A program made the position numbers and the translations under genes. The notes under the pieces were generated by a model. The model had not been told where the DNA came from and searched no databases. It saw nothing but the letters and a program-made list of their open reading frames with translations. DNA of 64,000 nt from Alphaproteobacteria bacterium (lineage in GTDB: Bacteria; Pseudomonadota; Alphaproteobacteria; Bin95): assembly GCA_963665325.3 (NCBI GenBank), contig OZ224045.1, forward strand, positions 832,001 to 896,000. Reading direction: 5' to 3'. Shown piece by piece: positions 13,283 to 21,913 of this stretch. The number at the start of each line of letters is the position of its first letter. Within the stretch, counting starts at the first letter, position 1.

Positions 13283-13941
13283 ACGCACGGTTCCGCGCAG
13301 CGCTAGGCCATGATTTCGCGGACCCCCGCCTGCTCCGGCAGGCGCTGACACACCCGAGCGCGCCGGGACGCGAGGACAATACGTTCGAGCGGCTGGAATT
13401 CCTGGGCGACCGGGTGCTGGGCCTTGTCGTGGCGGAGATGCTGCTCGAACGCTTCCCGGATGTCGATGAGGGCGGGGTCGGGCGCCGGCTGTCGCTTCTG
13501 GTGAGCCGGGAGGCGCTGATCGAGGTGGCCGCGGCGACGGGCCTTGACGAGGCGCTCGCACGGGCGCAGGACCCCGGAGCTGCAGGCGGGCGGATGGCCG
13601 CGACAGCAGCGGCCGACGCTTGCGAGGCGGTGATTGCGGCGCTGTTCCTCGACGGCGGACTCGACGCTGCGCGGCAGTTCATTGGCCGCCACTGGCAGGC
13701 GCTTGTCGAACGCCATGCCGAGGTGGAGCGCGATGCGCGCAGCCGTCTGCAGGAGTGGAGCCACGCGCGCGCGCTCGGCCAGCCGGTCTATACGGTCCGC
13801 GCCAGCCGCGGGCCCGCGCACCGGCCCGAGTTCGAGGTCGAGGCGGCACTGGCCAACGGCAAGAGCGCAAGAGGTTCGGGCGGGTCCAAGCGCGCCGCGG
13901 CCGCGGCCGCCGCCGCGGCCCTGCTCGAACGGTTGGAATGA
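13279..13941 (+). CDS. rnc: Ribonuclease III
   Basis: ALTHPS, ERLEFLGDRVL, dsRBD (LQEW..GPAHRPEF). Confidence 0.96.
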   Translation: MNARFRAALGHDFADPRLLRQALTHPSAPGREDNTFERLEFLGDRVLGLVVAEMLLERFPDVDEGGVGRRLSLLVSREALIEVAAATGLDEALARAQDPGAAGGRMAATAAADACEAVIAALFLDGGLDAARQFIGRHWQALVERHAEVERDARSRLQEWSHARALGQPVYTVRASRGPAHRPEFEVEAALANGKSARGSGGSKRAAAAAAAAALLERLE

Positions 13942-14834
13942 CCGCGCGCCGGGCCGGCTTCGTCGCCCTGCTGGGCGCGCCCAATGCCGGCAAGTCCACC
14001 CTGCTTAACCGCCTGGTCGGCGCCAAGGTTTCCATTGTCACGCCCAAGGCGCAGACCACGCGCTCGCGCATGCTCGGCATCCGCATCCACGGCCCCGCCC
14101 AGGTCATCTTCGTGGACACGCCCGGCATCTTCGAGCCGCGCCGCCGGCTCGAACGCGCAATGGTGCGCCGCGCCTGGCGCGCTGCCGGCGATGCCGACAT
14201 CACCGTACTGCTGATCGATGCCGCGCGCCGGCCGGGCTCCCGCGAGGACGGGATCGTCGCCGGCCTCAAGGCGGGCGGCAGGCAGGCGGTGCTGGCGCTC
14301 AACAAGATCGACCTCCTCGCCCGCGAACGGCTGCTGGCGCGCGCCGACCGGCTCTTCCGGACGGACTGCTTCAGCGATGTGTTCATGGTCTCGGCGCTGA
14401 CCGGCGACGGCGTGGACGACCTGCTGGACCATCTCTCGGCGCGCCTGCCGGAAGGCCCCTGGCTCTATCCCGAGGACGACCTTTCCGATGCGCCGCTGCG
14501 CTTCCTCGCCGCCGAGATCACGCGGGAAAAGCTGTTCCTGCGCCTGCATGACGAGATTCCCTACGACGTTGCGACCGAGACGGCCGGCTGGGAGGAGTTC
14601 GACAATGGCGGCGTGCGCATCGACCAGACCGTCTATGTGCGTCGGACGAGCCAGCGCGCCATCGTGCTCGGCAAGGGCGGCGCGCGCATCAAAGCCATTC
14701 GCGAGGCGGCGCAGCAGGAACTGGCCGAGGCGCTCGACCGGCCGGTGCATCTGTTCCTGACCGTGCGCGTGCGCGAAGGCTGGCCCGAAGACCCCGAACG
14801 CTTCCGCGGCCTCGGGCTCGACTACAATGTGTGA
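13938..14834 (+). CDS. era: GTPase Era
   Basis: GAPNAGKSTL, QTTR, DTPG, NKID, KH domain (VLGKGGARIK). Confidence 0.97.
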   Translation: MTARRAGFVALLGAPNAGKSTLLNRLVGAKVSIVTPKAQTTRSRMLGIRIHGPAQVIFVDTPGIFEPRRRLERAMVRRAWRAAGDADITVLLIDAARRPGSREDGIVAGLKAGGRQAVLALNKIDLLARERLLARADRLFRTDCFSDVFMVSALTGDGVDDLLDHLSARLPEGPWLYPEDDLSDAPLRFLAAEITREKLFLRLHDEIPYDVATETAGWEEFDNGGVRIDQTVYVRRTSQRAIVLGKGGARIKAIREAAQQELAEALDRPVHLFLTVRVREGWPEDPERFRGLGLDYNV

Positions 14835-14865
14835 GGGGCAGCGGACGGCCGAACGCCGCTACCGC

Positions 14866-15122
14866 TTCAACCCGCCCGAATGGATCGAATTGCTGGAGGA
14901 GCCGGCCCCGTCCCCCGCAGCGCGGGCGCAGCGCAACAACTCCGCAAGCGCACCCTGACGAACCTCCACAACGCCCACCCCCAATGGCTCGCCGACACGC
15001 ATGAAGTACTGGACGCTGCCGTGGCGACCGCCTACGGCTGGGACGCGGGGATTGGGGAGGAGGAAGCGCTGGGGGCGTTGCTGGAGATGAATCGAAAGGC
15101 TATCCTCCGAAGAGAACCTTAG
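14866..15122 (+). pseudogene. Remnant C-terminal tail of an MmeI/YeeA-like (type IIG/IIL) restriction-modification methyltransferase
   Basis: FNPPEWIE in one frame, then PVPR..LRKRTLTNLHNAHPQWLADTHEVLDAAVATAYGW in another; this matches the characteristic tail of the family and the rest of the gene is absent. Confidence 0.75.
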
Positions 15123-15194
15123 AAGAACATATACGCCTTCCAGAACGCGACGAACCGCTTGCGGTCTTCACAACCACCAAGAGGCTTTCCTACC

Positions 15195-15821
15195 ATGGAA
15201 CCTTTGAAATCGGTTGGAAATCTTCACGAAACTATGGCCCTTTTTGTGCCCGGACTTGTTATCTTGTTCGTGCGTTCGCAATTCGTAACAGATCGCAAGC
15301 TATCTCATTCAACGATGATCTTAAGCTACCTAACGATTTCCCTTGTATATTACGCTATTGCTTTCCCGTTCCTCGAACTGTTCCGGTCGTTATACGAAGT
15401 TAAAGATCACAAGATTCTAGTTTGGCTTGCGTTGGTATTTTTCGGGCCCGTATTGCTTGGCCTCTTGCTTGGAATCAATGTCCAGAAAAACCTGTTGCAC
15501 CGGCTACTCCAGTGGTGCGGCCTTAACCCAGTTCACTCGATCCCAACCGCATGGGATTGGAAATTCGGCAATATGACCGAACAATGGGTTCTCGTTACCC
15601 TCAAGGATGATACTCAATTTCGCGGTTTCTGTGGGCAAGGGTCTTTCATATCGTCCGATCCGACAGAGCGTGACATTTATGTCGAACAGATTTATGGTAT
15701 CGACAATGAGGACAACTGGTCCTCGCCCGGCTTGAAGGGGGTTCTCATCGCGCCCGGCGAGATCAAGACGATAGAATTCTGGCCCTACGAACCGCAAGAG
15801 GATATCAATGAGCAAAGCTGA
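15195..15821 (+). CDS. DUF6338-like membrane protein
   Basis: AT-rich ORF with about 3 TM segments (LFVPG..), then PTAWDWKF, WVLVTLKD, SFISSDPTERDIYVE, GVLI..EIKTIEF. Confidence 0.75.
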   Translation: MEPLKSVGNLHETMALFVPGLVILFVRSQFVTDRKLSHSTMILSYLTISLVYYAIAFPFLELFRSLYEVKDHKILVWLALVFFGPVLLGLLLGINVQKNLLHRLLQWCGLNPVHSIPTAWDWKFGNMTEQWVLVTLKDDTQFRGFCGQGSFISSDPTERDIYVEQIYGIDNEDNWSSPGLKGVLIAPGEIKTIEFWPYEPQEDINEQS

Positions 15822-15999
15822 TAAGCCGGTGAAGCCGCCACCGCCCCCAATCCAAAATCGGGGTTACCAGCCTGTAGCCGCTACGGACGGCTACAGGCCG
15901 CGCCCACAGGGCGGACACCAGCCCACCGCCAGTCAAGGCGCACCTGCCAAGCCGCCCTCCAACCCGCCGAACCAGGGGACTTCCGGCACGAAGGAGTAA
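15808..15999 (+). CDS. Small Pro/Gly/Gln-rich peptide with three G(Y/H)xP motifs
   Basis: GAGGA RBS, start overlaps the end of the DUF6338-like gene; RGYQP, DGYRP, GGHQP, NPPNQGTSG. Confidence 0.65.
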   Translation: MSKADKPVKPPPPPIQNRGYQPVAATDGYRPRPQGGHQPTASQGAPAKPPSNPPNQGTSGTKE

Positions 16000-16056
16000 C
16001 CGCATCCTCGCCGTTGCAACGCTTTCGTGGATTCATCCGATTGGTTCCAGCGCCTC

Positions 16057-16317
16057 TTATGGCCCGCCTCTCCGCCAGCCGGCTCGATTACAGCGCAGGA
16101 TGCAGGTTTCGACGAAGGCGAGCTTGCCCTTCACTTCCGCCAGTCCCTGCTTGAGAGCCTGCAGCCCCGCGTCGAAGCCGCCCAGCCGACCGTCGATGCG
16201 CTTCTCGATGCCGTCGAGGCGTTGCCCGAAGTCCCGGCACGGCGATGCAGTTATGCCAATGATCGGCGCGGCCAGGACGACGGCTGCGCCAAGGGTCGCA
16301 ACGGCAACCGGGTCCAT
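16057..16317 (-). CDS. Small protein with N-terminal hydrophobic helix and coiled coil; possibly decayed
   Basis: MDPVAVATLGAAVVLAAPIIGI followed by heptad-like RLDGIEKRIDGRL..LQALKQGLAEVKGKL. Confidence 0.55.
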   Translation of the reverse strand: MDPVAVATLGAAVVLAAPIIGITASPCRDFGQRLDGIEKRIDGRLGGFDAGLQALKQGLAEVKGKLAFVETCILRCNRAGWRRGGP

Positions 16318-16474
16318 GGCGGCGCGAACTCCGAACGGCCTTGCCGCCGGCGCGGTTCCGGCGCAGGCGGGAGCATGCACGATAGGAAGCCCGTCGCGCG
16401 CCGTCCGTGCCGGCGGCTATTCCGCCGGGTCCGCAGCTTGGTTCCTGAAATAAGATTATTTTCATACAAAAGTG

Positions 16475-16903
16475 TTGACTCCGGGACCGCCTTGCCTATA
16501 TAGGCCGTGACGAAGCGGCATCTGCGGGCCGCATCCGTTCGCGCCGGCGCGAAAATAAAGTCCCTGAGAAACTGACGGGAGACGTGCGCCCTGCGTCCGG
16601 GCTCGCGCGCGCAGGCGCAATCAGGCGCGCAAACCGCGCCGGCGCCAACGCGCCCGCCTGCGCACGCCCGCGATACGCGCGAAAAAGGGTTCCGCCGCCG
16701 GGAGGCGGGGAACGGGAAGGAGGAACGATGCAGGAGAGACCGGGCATGGCAAGGCAGGCGGCGCCCGGACCATGACAAAACATGACATTTCATGACGACC
16801 CCGGGTTCCCTGGCGGCAGGAACGGGAGAGGAATGAAGGATCGATGCAGGCAAGACAAAATAGGAATATCAATGGAACATGACCAAACATGACATTTCAT
16901 GAC
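16475..16903 (+). repeat. Dispersed structured element, copy 1 (promoter, multi-hairpin leader, RBS, mini-ORF, CATGAC x3; last module duplicated)
   Basis: Shares blocks CCCTGAGAAAC, ACGGGAGA, GCGCAATCAGG, AACCGCGCCGGCGCCAACG, CGCGATACGCGCGAAA, AGGAGGA-N3-ATG and the CATGAC repeats, in order, with the reverse complement of 27901-28579. Confidence 0.85.
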
Positions 16904-16977
16904 ATCCTCGGCGTCCGCTCCGGGAGGCGGTGGAACGCGGTCATGGCCTCATCGGCTCCGGGCCATGAACGGCGGCG

Positions 16978-19074
16978 TCAGTCCTTCCTGTCGCCGAGAA
17001 GGCCCTTCAGGCCGCGGCCGATATCCTTCACGGCGCCCTTCAGCTTGTCCCGCAATTGCCGAACCGCCTGTTCGGGCGATGCAGGGCCCGGTTGCGCCGC
17101 CGCGCCGGGTTTCGGCGGGGCGGTCGCGATCTCCAGGCACTCATTGCCCTCGCCGCCGAGCTCGCCCAGCCCCACGACTGCGGCCGGCGGGAACAGCGCG
17201 ATCCCGACGAGGCCGCCGAGCTTCTTCAGTGCCGCGCCGGCTTCGGGCCGGAATTTCGGGTTGGCGAAGGCGCCCCGGATACGGACCGGCACCGAGATAT
17301 TGAGGGTCGCGGATTTCGCGCGGGGCTCGACGGTGAGGTCGAGTGTCTCCGTCGCGAGGTTTGCCGTCCCCTTCGCGGCGACGGTCGAATATTCGGTGTC
17401 GATTAGAACCGCCCGGCTCGCCGCCCGCCCGTTCTCGATGCCGATGGAGGCGACGGCGCAGTTGACGACCGTCCATTGCTTCCGGCCTGAGAACAGCGTG
17501 CCGAGGACGGCGCTGGCGCCGCCGACCGCCGCATCGAACGCCTCCGTCTTCAGGCGGCCGCTGCCGCCCACGAGCCGGATGTCGCCGTCGAGGCCGGCCA
17601 TGAGCGCGGCGACGGACCCGCCGGAGCCCGCAAGATCGACGCTGGCCCTGGCCTTCCCTTCGAACAGGTCCGTCACGCCGGCCTCCTCCAGCAATCGGCC
17701 GAGGTCGAGTTCCGGAGCCCGGGCCGCAAGGCGGAGGCGCGGCGCCGCGCGCCGCGTATCGAGGTGGAGTTCGCCGTCCACCCGGCTTCCCGCCACAGTC
17801 GCCGAGAACGGTCTTACGGAAAGCGCGCCGTCTTCCAGGCTTATGCGGGCCTGCACCGCGCCGACCGGGACCGGATATCCGGCCAGCCTTTCGACGCTCA
17901 GCGTCAGGTCGAGATCGGCGGCCTTGAGGCCCTCCAGCGGAAGCGGGTCGTCGGGAAACACCCGGTCCTGCCTCACGTTCTTCGGCTTTGCGTCCTTGCC
18001 CGCGGCGGTCGGGCGATCGCTCGCGGCGGCCTTCGACCGCAGCCCGGCAACGTCGATCCCGGTCGACGCCAGCGTGCCGCTCACGCGCGGCCGCGGCCCC
18101 GACAGGACGAGGTCGATCCGGCCGGAAAGGTCGCTGGCGCCGAGCGCGCCCTTCAGATCCTCGAACCGGAACCTGTCGGCGCCGCCCTCGATGCGGGCGT
18201 CGAAGGCGACCGGCCCGAGCTCCGGCAGCCCCGGCCCTGCAAGCGGTGCGAGCGAGGACAGGTCCGCGCCGCGAACCGCCGCCCGGAGGTCCAGGCCCCC
18301 GGCTTTGCCGGGTTCGGCCACCGCGCCGGACAGCCGCGCCTCGAAGCCGAACGCCTTCGCATCGAGCACGAGTTCCAGCGGCCGTCCCGAAGCGATGGCC
18401 GCCAGGGAGCCGACAGTGCCCGAGGCCGAGAACGGGGCCCCGTTCCAGGCGCCGAAGGCATCGATTTCCAGCGGGGCGCCGAAGGACCCCGCCCGCGCCG
18501 ACACCCGCTCGAGTTCGAAGCGCATCTCCTCGCCGCTCCGTGCATCCCTGTAGATCAGGCGCCCCCGGCGGATTTCCACATGATTGAAGATCGGGACCGA
18601 TGGCGGCCCGCCGCCCGTCTCGTCCTTCCGTCCAGCCTCCTCTCCGGAGCGGGCGGGCGCGCCGGACCGGTCGTCCGGAGGCGGCCCGTTCCGCCAGTTG
18701 GACAGGCCGTCGGCATTGGTTTCGAGCAGGATGTCGGGTTCGACCAGGATGAGCCGGGTCACGCGGATATCGCCCGCAAGCAGCGGCAGCAATTCGACCT
18801 CCGCCTCGGCTCGTTCGAGCGCGATCATGGCCGGGCGCGAGCCCCAGTCGGCATTGGCGACGGCGACCTGCTCAACGGTGACGGCGGGCGTGAGCGAGAT
18901 CGACAGGTCGATATCGCCGCCGATGGCGAGGTCGCGGCCGGTCGCCTCGCGAAATTCCGCGGCGATCTCCTCGCGGTAGCTGTTGACGTCGATGGAATAG
19001 AGAACCGCTGCCGCGGCCGCGACGAGGACTGCGACCGCCAGCGCGGCCCATTTCAGCAGGCTGGCGACGCGCAT
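16978..19074 (-). CDS. AsmA family protein
   Basis: N-terminal TM anchor, ATGRDLAIGGDI, VANADWGS, LETNADGLSNW, VNCAVA, VPVRIRG. Confidence 0.9.
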   Translation of the reverse strand: MRVASLLKWAALAVAVLVAAAAAVLYSIDVNSYREEIAAEFREATGRDLAIGGDIDLSISLTPAVTVEQVAVANADWGSRPAMIALERAEAEVELLPLLAGDIRVTRLILVEPDILLETNADGLSNWRNGPPPDDRSGAPARSGEEAGRKDETGGGPPSVPIFNHVEIRRGRLIYRDARSGEEMRFELERVSARAGSFGAPLEIDAFGAWNGAPFSASGTVGSLAAIASGRPLELVLDAKAFGFEARLSGAVAEPGKAGGLDLRAAVRGADLSSLAPLAGPGLPELGPVAFDARIEGGADRFRFEDLKGALGASDLSGRIDLVLSGPRPRVSGTLASTGIDVAGLRSKAAASDRPTAAGKDAKPKNVRQDRVFPDDPLPLEGLKAADLDLTLSVERLAGYPVPVGAVQARISLEDGALSVRPFSATVAGSRVDGELHLDTRRAAPRLRLAARAPELDLGRLLEEAGVTDLFEGKARASVDLAGSGGSVAALMAGLDGDIRLVGGSGRLKTEAFDAAVGGASAVLGTLFSGRKQWTVVNCAVASIGIENGRAASRAVLIDTEYSTVAAKGTANLATETLDLTVEPRAKSATLNISVPVRIRGAFANPKFRPEAGAALKKLGGLVGIALFPPAAVVGLGELGGEGNECLEIATAPPKPGAAAQPGPASPEQAVRQLRDKLKGAVKDIGRGLKGLLGDRKD

Positions 19075-19092
19075 GCCGGGCTCAGAAGGTCG

Positions 19093-20265
19093 TCACGTCC
19101 CCCCGCCCCCGTTCTCCGGCGCATCGGGCGCGAAGGCGAGCGCGCCCTGCCAGCTATCGACATAGCCGCTCCATTCGACCTCCTCTGGCAGCTCGGCCAC
19201 ATCGAGCGCGTCGCGCGCATCCAGCATCACGGCATATTCGTCGAGGAACGCCTTGCCGCCGCTCAGCATGCGCGACAGCGCCTTGGGGTGGGGGCCGTGC
19301 GCGAAGCCGCAGGGGTGGAGGGTCATCATGCCGGCGTCGATGCCGTCGCGGCTGAAGAAGCCGCCTGAATGGAAGAACATCACCTCGTCAAAATCGTCAT
19401 TATTGTGGAAGAACGGCACCTTGAGCGCCTCGGGGTCGGATTCCGCGGGGCGGGGCGCGAAGGTGCAGACGACGAAGCGGTCGGCGACGAAGGTGGTGTG
19501 GGCCGAGGGCGGCAGGTGGTAGCGGTGGCTCATCAGCGGCCGGATCTCGCGCACATTGAGCTTGGCAACGGAAAGGTCGCCGTGCCAGCCGACGGCATCC
19601 AGCGGGTTGAAGGGGAAGGTCGCGCAGCTGATCGCGCCTCGCCGCTTGATTCGCACCTGCCAGCTGCCCGGCCCCTGCTGGGCGCGGAAGGCATCGTCGA
19701 TGCGCGGCAGGATGAGCGCCGCCGGGTCGAACACCGCATGGCGGCCCACCATGCCCTTCTCGGGCAGCCGGTAGAAGCCGCCCGTCGCCTCGATCAGCAG
19801 CGCCTCGACCGGCCCGTCGGCATCGAGCCGCCACATCGTGCCGCGCGGGATGACGACATAATCGCCCTGTTCCACCGGCAGGCGTCCGTAATCGCAGTAG
19901 AAGTCGCCGCTGCCGCGGTGCAGGAAGAGCAGGTCGTCGCCGTCGCCGTTGCGGACCAGATGGTCCATCCGCCCCTCGGCGCGCCAGAAGCGGTAATCGA
20001 CATGGGCGTTGTGCAGCACCCGCCGGGCCTCCCAGGGAGAGGCGGCGACGGGAAGCTTGTTGAGGTCGAAGGCGCGGGGGCGGAGCGGCCCTTCCCAGCC
20101 GGTCCACGCGGTCGGCGGGTTGCGGTGGTACATGTGCGCCGCCGGGCCGAAGAAGCCCTCGCGGCCGAGCTCGCGCTCGAACCGTCCGTCCGGCAGTTGG
20201 ACATGCGCCCGCCGGTTGGTCTCGCCCTCGCTGTGGGGAAAGGAAATCCAGGTGCCGCTTGCCAT
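19093..20265 (-). CDS. hmgA: Homogentisate 1,2-dioxygenase
   Basis: GREGFFG, RNGDGDDL, GDYVVIPRG, DAVGWHG, PFFHNNDDFDEV, HGPHP. Confidence 0.9.
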   Translation of the reverse strand: MASGTWISFPHSEGETNRRAHVQLPDGRFERELGREGFFGPAAHMYHRNPPTAWTGWEGPLRPRAFDLNKLPVAASPWEARRVLHNAHVDYRFWRAEGRMDHLVRNGDGDDLLFLHRGSGDFYCDYGRLPVEQGDYVVIPRGTMWRLDADGPVEALLIEATGGFYRLPEKGMVGRHAVFDPAALILPRIDDAFRAQQGPGSWQVRIKRRGAISCATFPFNPLDAVGWHGDLSVAKLNVREIRPLMSHRYHLPPSAHTTFVADRFVVCTFAPRPAESDPEALKVPFFHNNDDFDEVMFFHSGGFFSRDGIDAGMMTLHPCGFAHGPHPKALSRMLSGGKAFLDEYAVMLDARDALDVAELPEEVEWSGYVDSWQGALAFAPDAPENGGGGT

Positions 20266-20395
20266 AGCCCGGCCCTCCGCCGCTGTCCTTGCCGGCCGCC
20301 AGCATAGCGCGGCCGCGGGGGCATGGAAGGCGCAGGCGTTTCCGTTCCCGCCGGAAACGCCCTAGACTGGCGGGCGGTCGAGGAGGCGTGCGCCC

Positions 20396-21889
20396 ATGTC
20401 GCTCACGATGCCGGCGCCCGAGGCGGCGATCCTGGAGAACCGCGACCGGCTCATCTGCCGGCTGCGCGCGATCCTGCCCGAAGAGAGCGTGATCGCCGAG
20501 GAGACGGCGATGCGCGCCTATGAGTGCGACGCGCTCACCATGTACCGCCAGCTTCCGCTCGTCGTCGCCCTGCCGGAAACGGTGCCGCAGGTGCAGGAGA
20601 TCATGGCTGTCGCCGCCGAGATGAATGTGAAGGTGGTGCCGCGCGGAGCCGGCACCTCGCTTTCCGGCGGCTCGCTGCCGCTCGGAGACGGCATCCTGCT
20701 CGCCATGGGCAAGTTCAACCGTATCCTGGAGATCGACTACGAGAACCGCTCGGCCCGCGTGCAGCCGGGCGTGGCCAATCTCGCGATCAGCGATGCAGTG
20801 GCCGAGCGCGGCTTCTACTACGCGCCCGACCCCTCCTCGCAGATCGCCTGCTCCATCGGCGGCAATGTCGGCGAGAACTCCGGTGGCGTGCACTGCCTGA
20901 AATACGGCCTTACCACCAACAACATACTAGGCCTCGAAATCGTGCTGATGGGCGGCGAGATCGTCCATCTTGGCGGCAAGCACCTCGATTCCGAGGGCTA
21001 CGACCTGATGGGTCTGATGACCGGTTCGGAAGGCCTGCTCGGCGTCGTCACCGAAGTGACGGTGCGCCTGCTGCGCAAGCCGGAGATCGCGCGCGGCCTG
21101 CTGCTGGCATTTCCCACGGTGGAGGCGGGCGCGACCTGCGTGGCGGACATCATCGCGGCGGGCATCATCCCCGGCGGGCTGGAGATGATGGACGGCCCTG
21201 CGATCCGCGCGACGGAGGACTTCCAGCCCTGCGGCTACCCGACGGAGGCCGCCTCGCTGCTGATCTGCGAACTCGACGGCGAGGCCTCCGAGGTGGACCA
21301 TCTGGTCGAACGGGTGTCGGAAATCGCGCGGGCGGTCGGCGCGACGACGATCCGCGCTTCCGAGAGCGAGGAGGAGCGGCTCCGCTTCTGGGCCGGGCGC
21401 AAGAACTCCTTCCCGGCCGTCGGCGCCATCGGGCCGGACTATCTCTGCATGGACGGCACCATCCCGCGCGGCAGACTGGCGGAAGTGCTGGCCGGCATGT
21501 CAGAGCTTGCCGAAAAGCACGGCCTGCGGGTCGCCAATGTGTTCCATGCCGGCGACGGCAACCTGCACCCGCTGATCCTCTACGACGCCAACCGGCCGGG
21601 CGATATCGAGACGGCGGAGGCCTTCGGCGCCGACATCCTGAAGCTCTGCGTCGCCGTCGGCGGGGTGCTGACCGGCGAGCACGGCGTCGGCGTCGAGAAG
21701 CGCGACCTCATGGGCACGATGTTCACCGAGGCCGACCTCGACCAGCAGCAGCGGGTCAAATGCGCCTTCGACCCCGAACACCGGCTCAACCCGGGCAAGG
21801 TCTTCCCGACCTTGCGGCGCTGCGCCGAGCTCGGGCGGATGCATGTCCGGGGCGGCGCGCTGCCTTTCCCGGACCTGCCGCGCTTCTGA
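20396..21889 (+). CDS. glcD: Glycolate oxidase subunit GlcD
   Basis: PRGAGTSLSGG, APDPSSQIACSIGGN, HAGDGNLHP, GEHGVG. Confidence 0.93.
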   Translation: MSLTMPAPEAAILENRDRLICRLRAILPEESVIAEETAMRAYECDALTMYRQLPLVVALPETVPQVQEIMAVAAEMNVKVVPRGAGTSLSGGSLPLGDGILLAMGKFNRILEIDYENRSARVQPGVANLAISDAVAERGFYYAPDPSSQIACSIGGNVGENSGGVHCLKYGLTTNNILGLEIVLMGGEIVHLGGKHLDSEGYDLMGLMTGSEGLLGVVTEVTVRLLRKPEIARGLLLAFPTVEAGATCVADIIAAGIIPGGLEMMDGPAIRATEDFQPCGYPTEAASLLICELDGEASEVDHLVERVSEIARAVGATTIRASESEEERLRFWAGRKNSFPAVGAIGPDYLCMDGTIPRGRLAEVLAGMSELAEKHGLRVANVFHAGDGNLHPLILYDANRPGDIETAEAFGADILKLCVAVGGVLTGEHGVGVEKRDLMGTMFTEADLDQQQRVKCAFDPEHRLNPGKVFPTLRRCAELGRMHVRGGALPFPDLPRF

Positions 21890-21913
21890 GGCCGGCGGCC
21901 GGGCCCGACCGCG

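Noticed and set aside
16027-16503. 158-aa plus-strand ORF
   Set aside because: Antisense to the more protein-like coiled-coil ORF and runs into the AT-rich promoter region.
16575-16640. Glycine riboswitch (GGGAGA..GGCGCAA..TCAGG resemblance)
   Set aside because: Lacks CCGAAG and the CTCTCAGG/P3 arrangement, copy 2 fits worse, and no glycine-related gene follows.
16562-16690. Hammerhead ribozyme (CTGA..GAAA)
   Set aside because: The core would need CUGANGA; the sequence is CTGAGAA and the three stems cannot be assembled.
16771-16903. CRISPR array (26-bp repeat occurring twice)
   Set aside because: Only two copies about 107 bp apart, internally periodic rather than palindromic, and no cas genes in the window.
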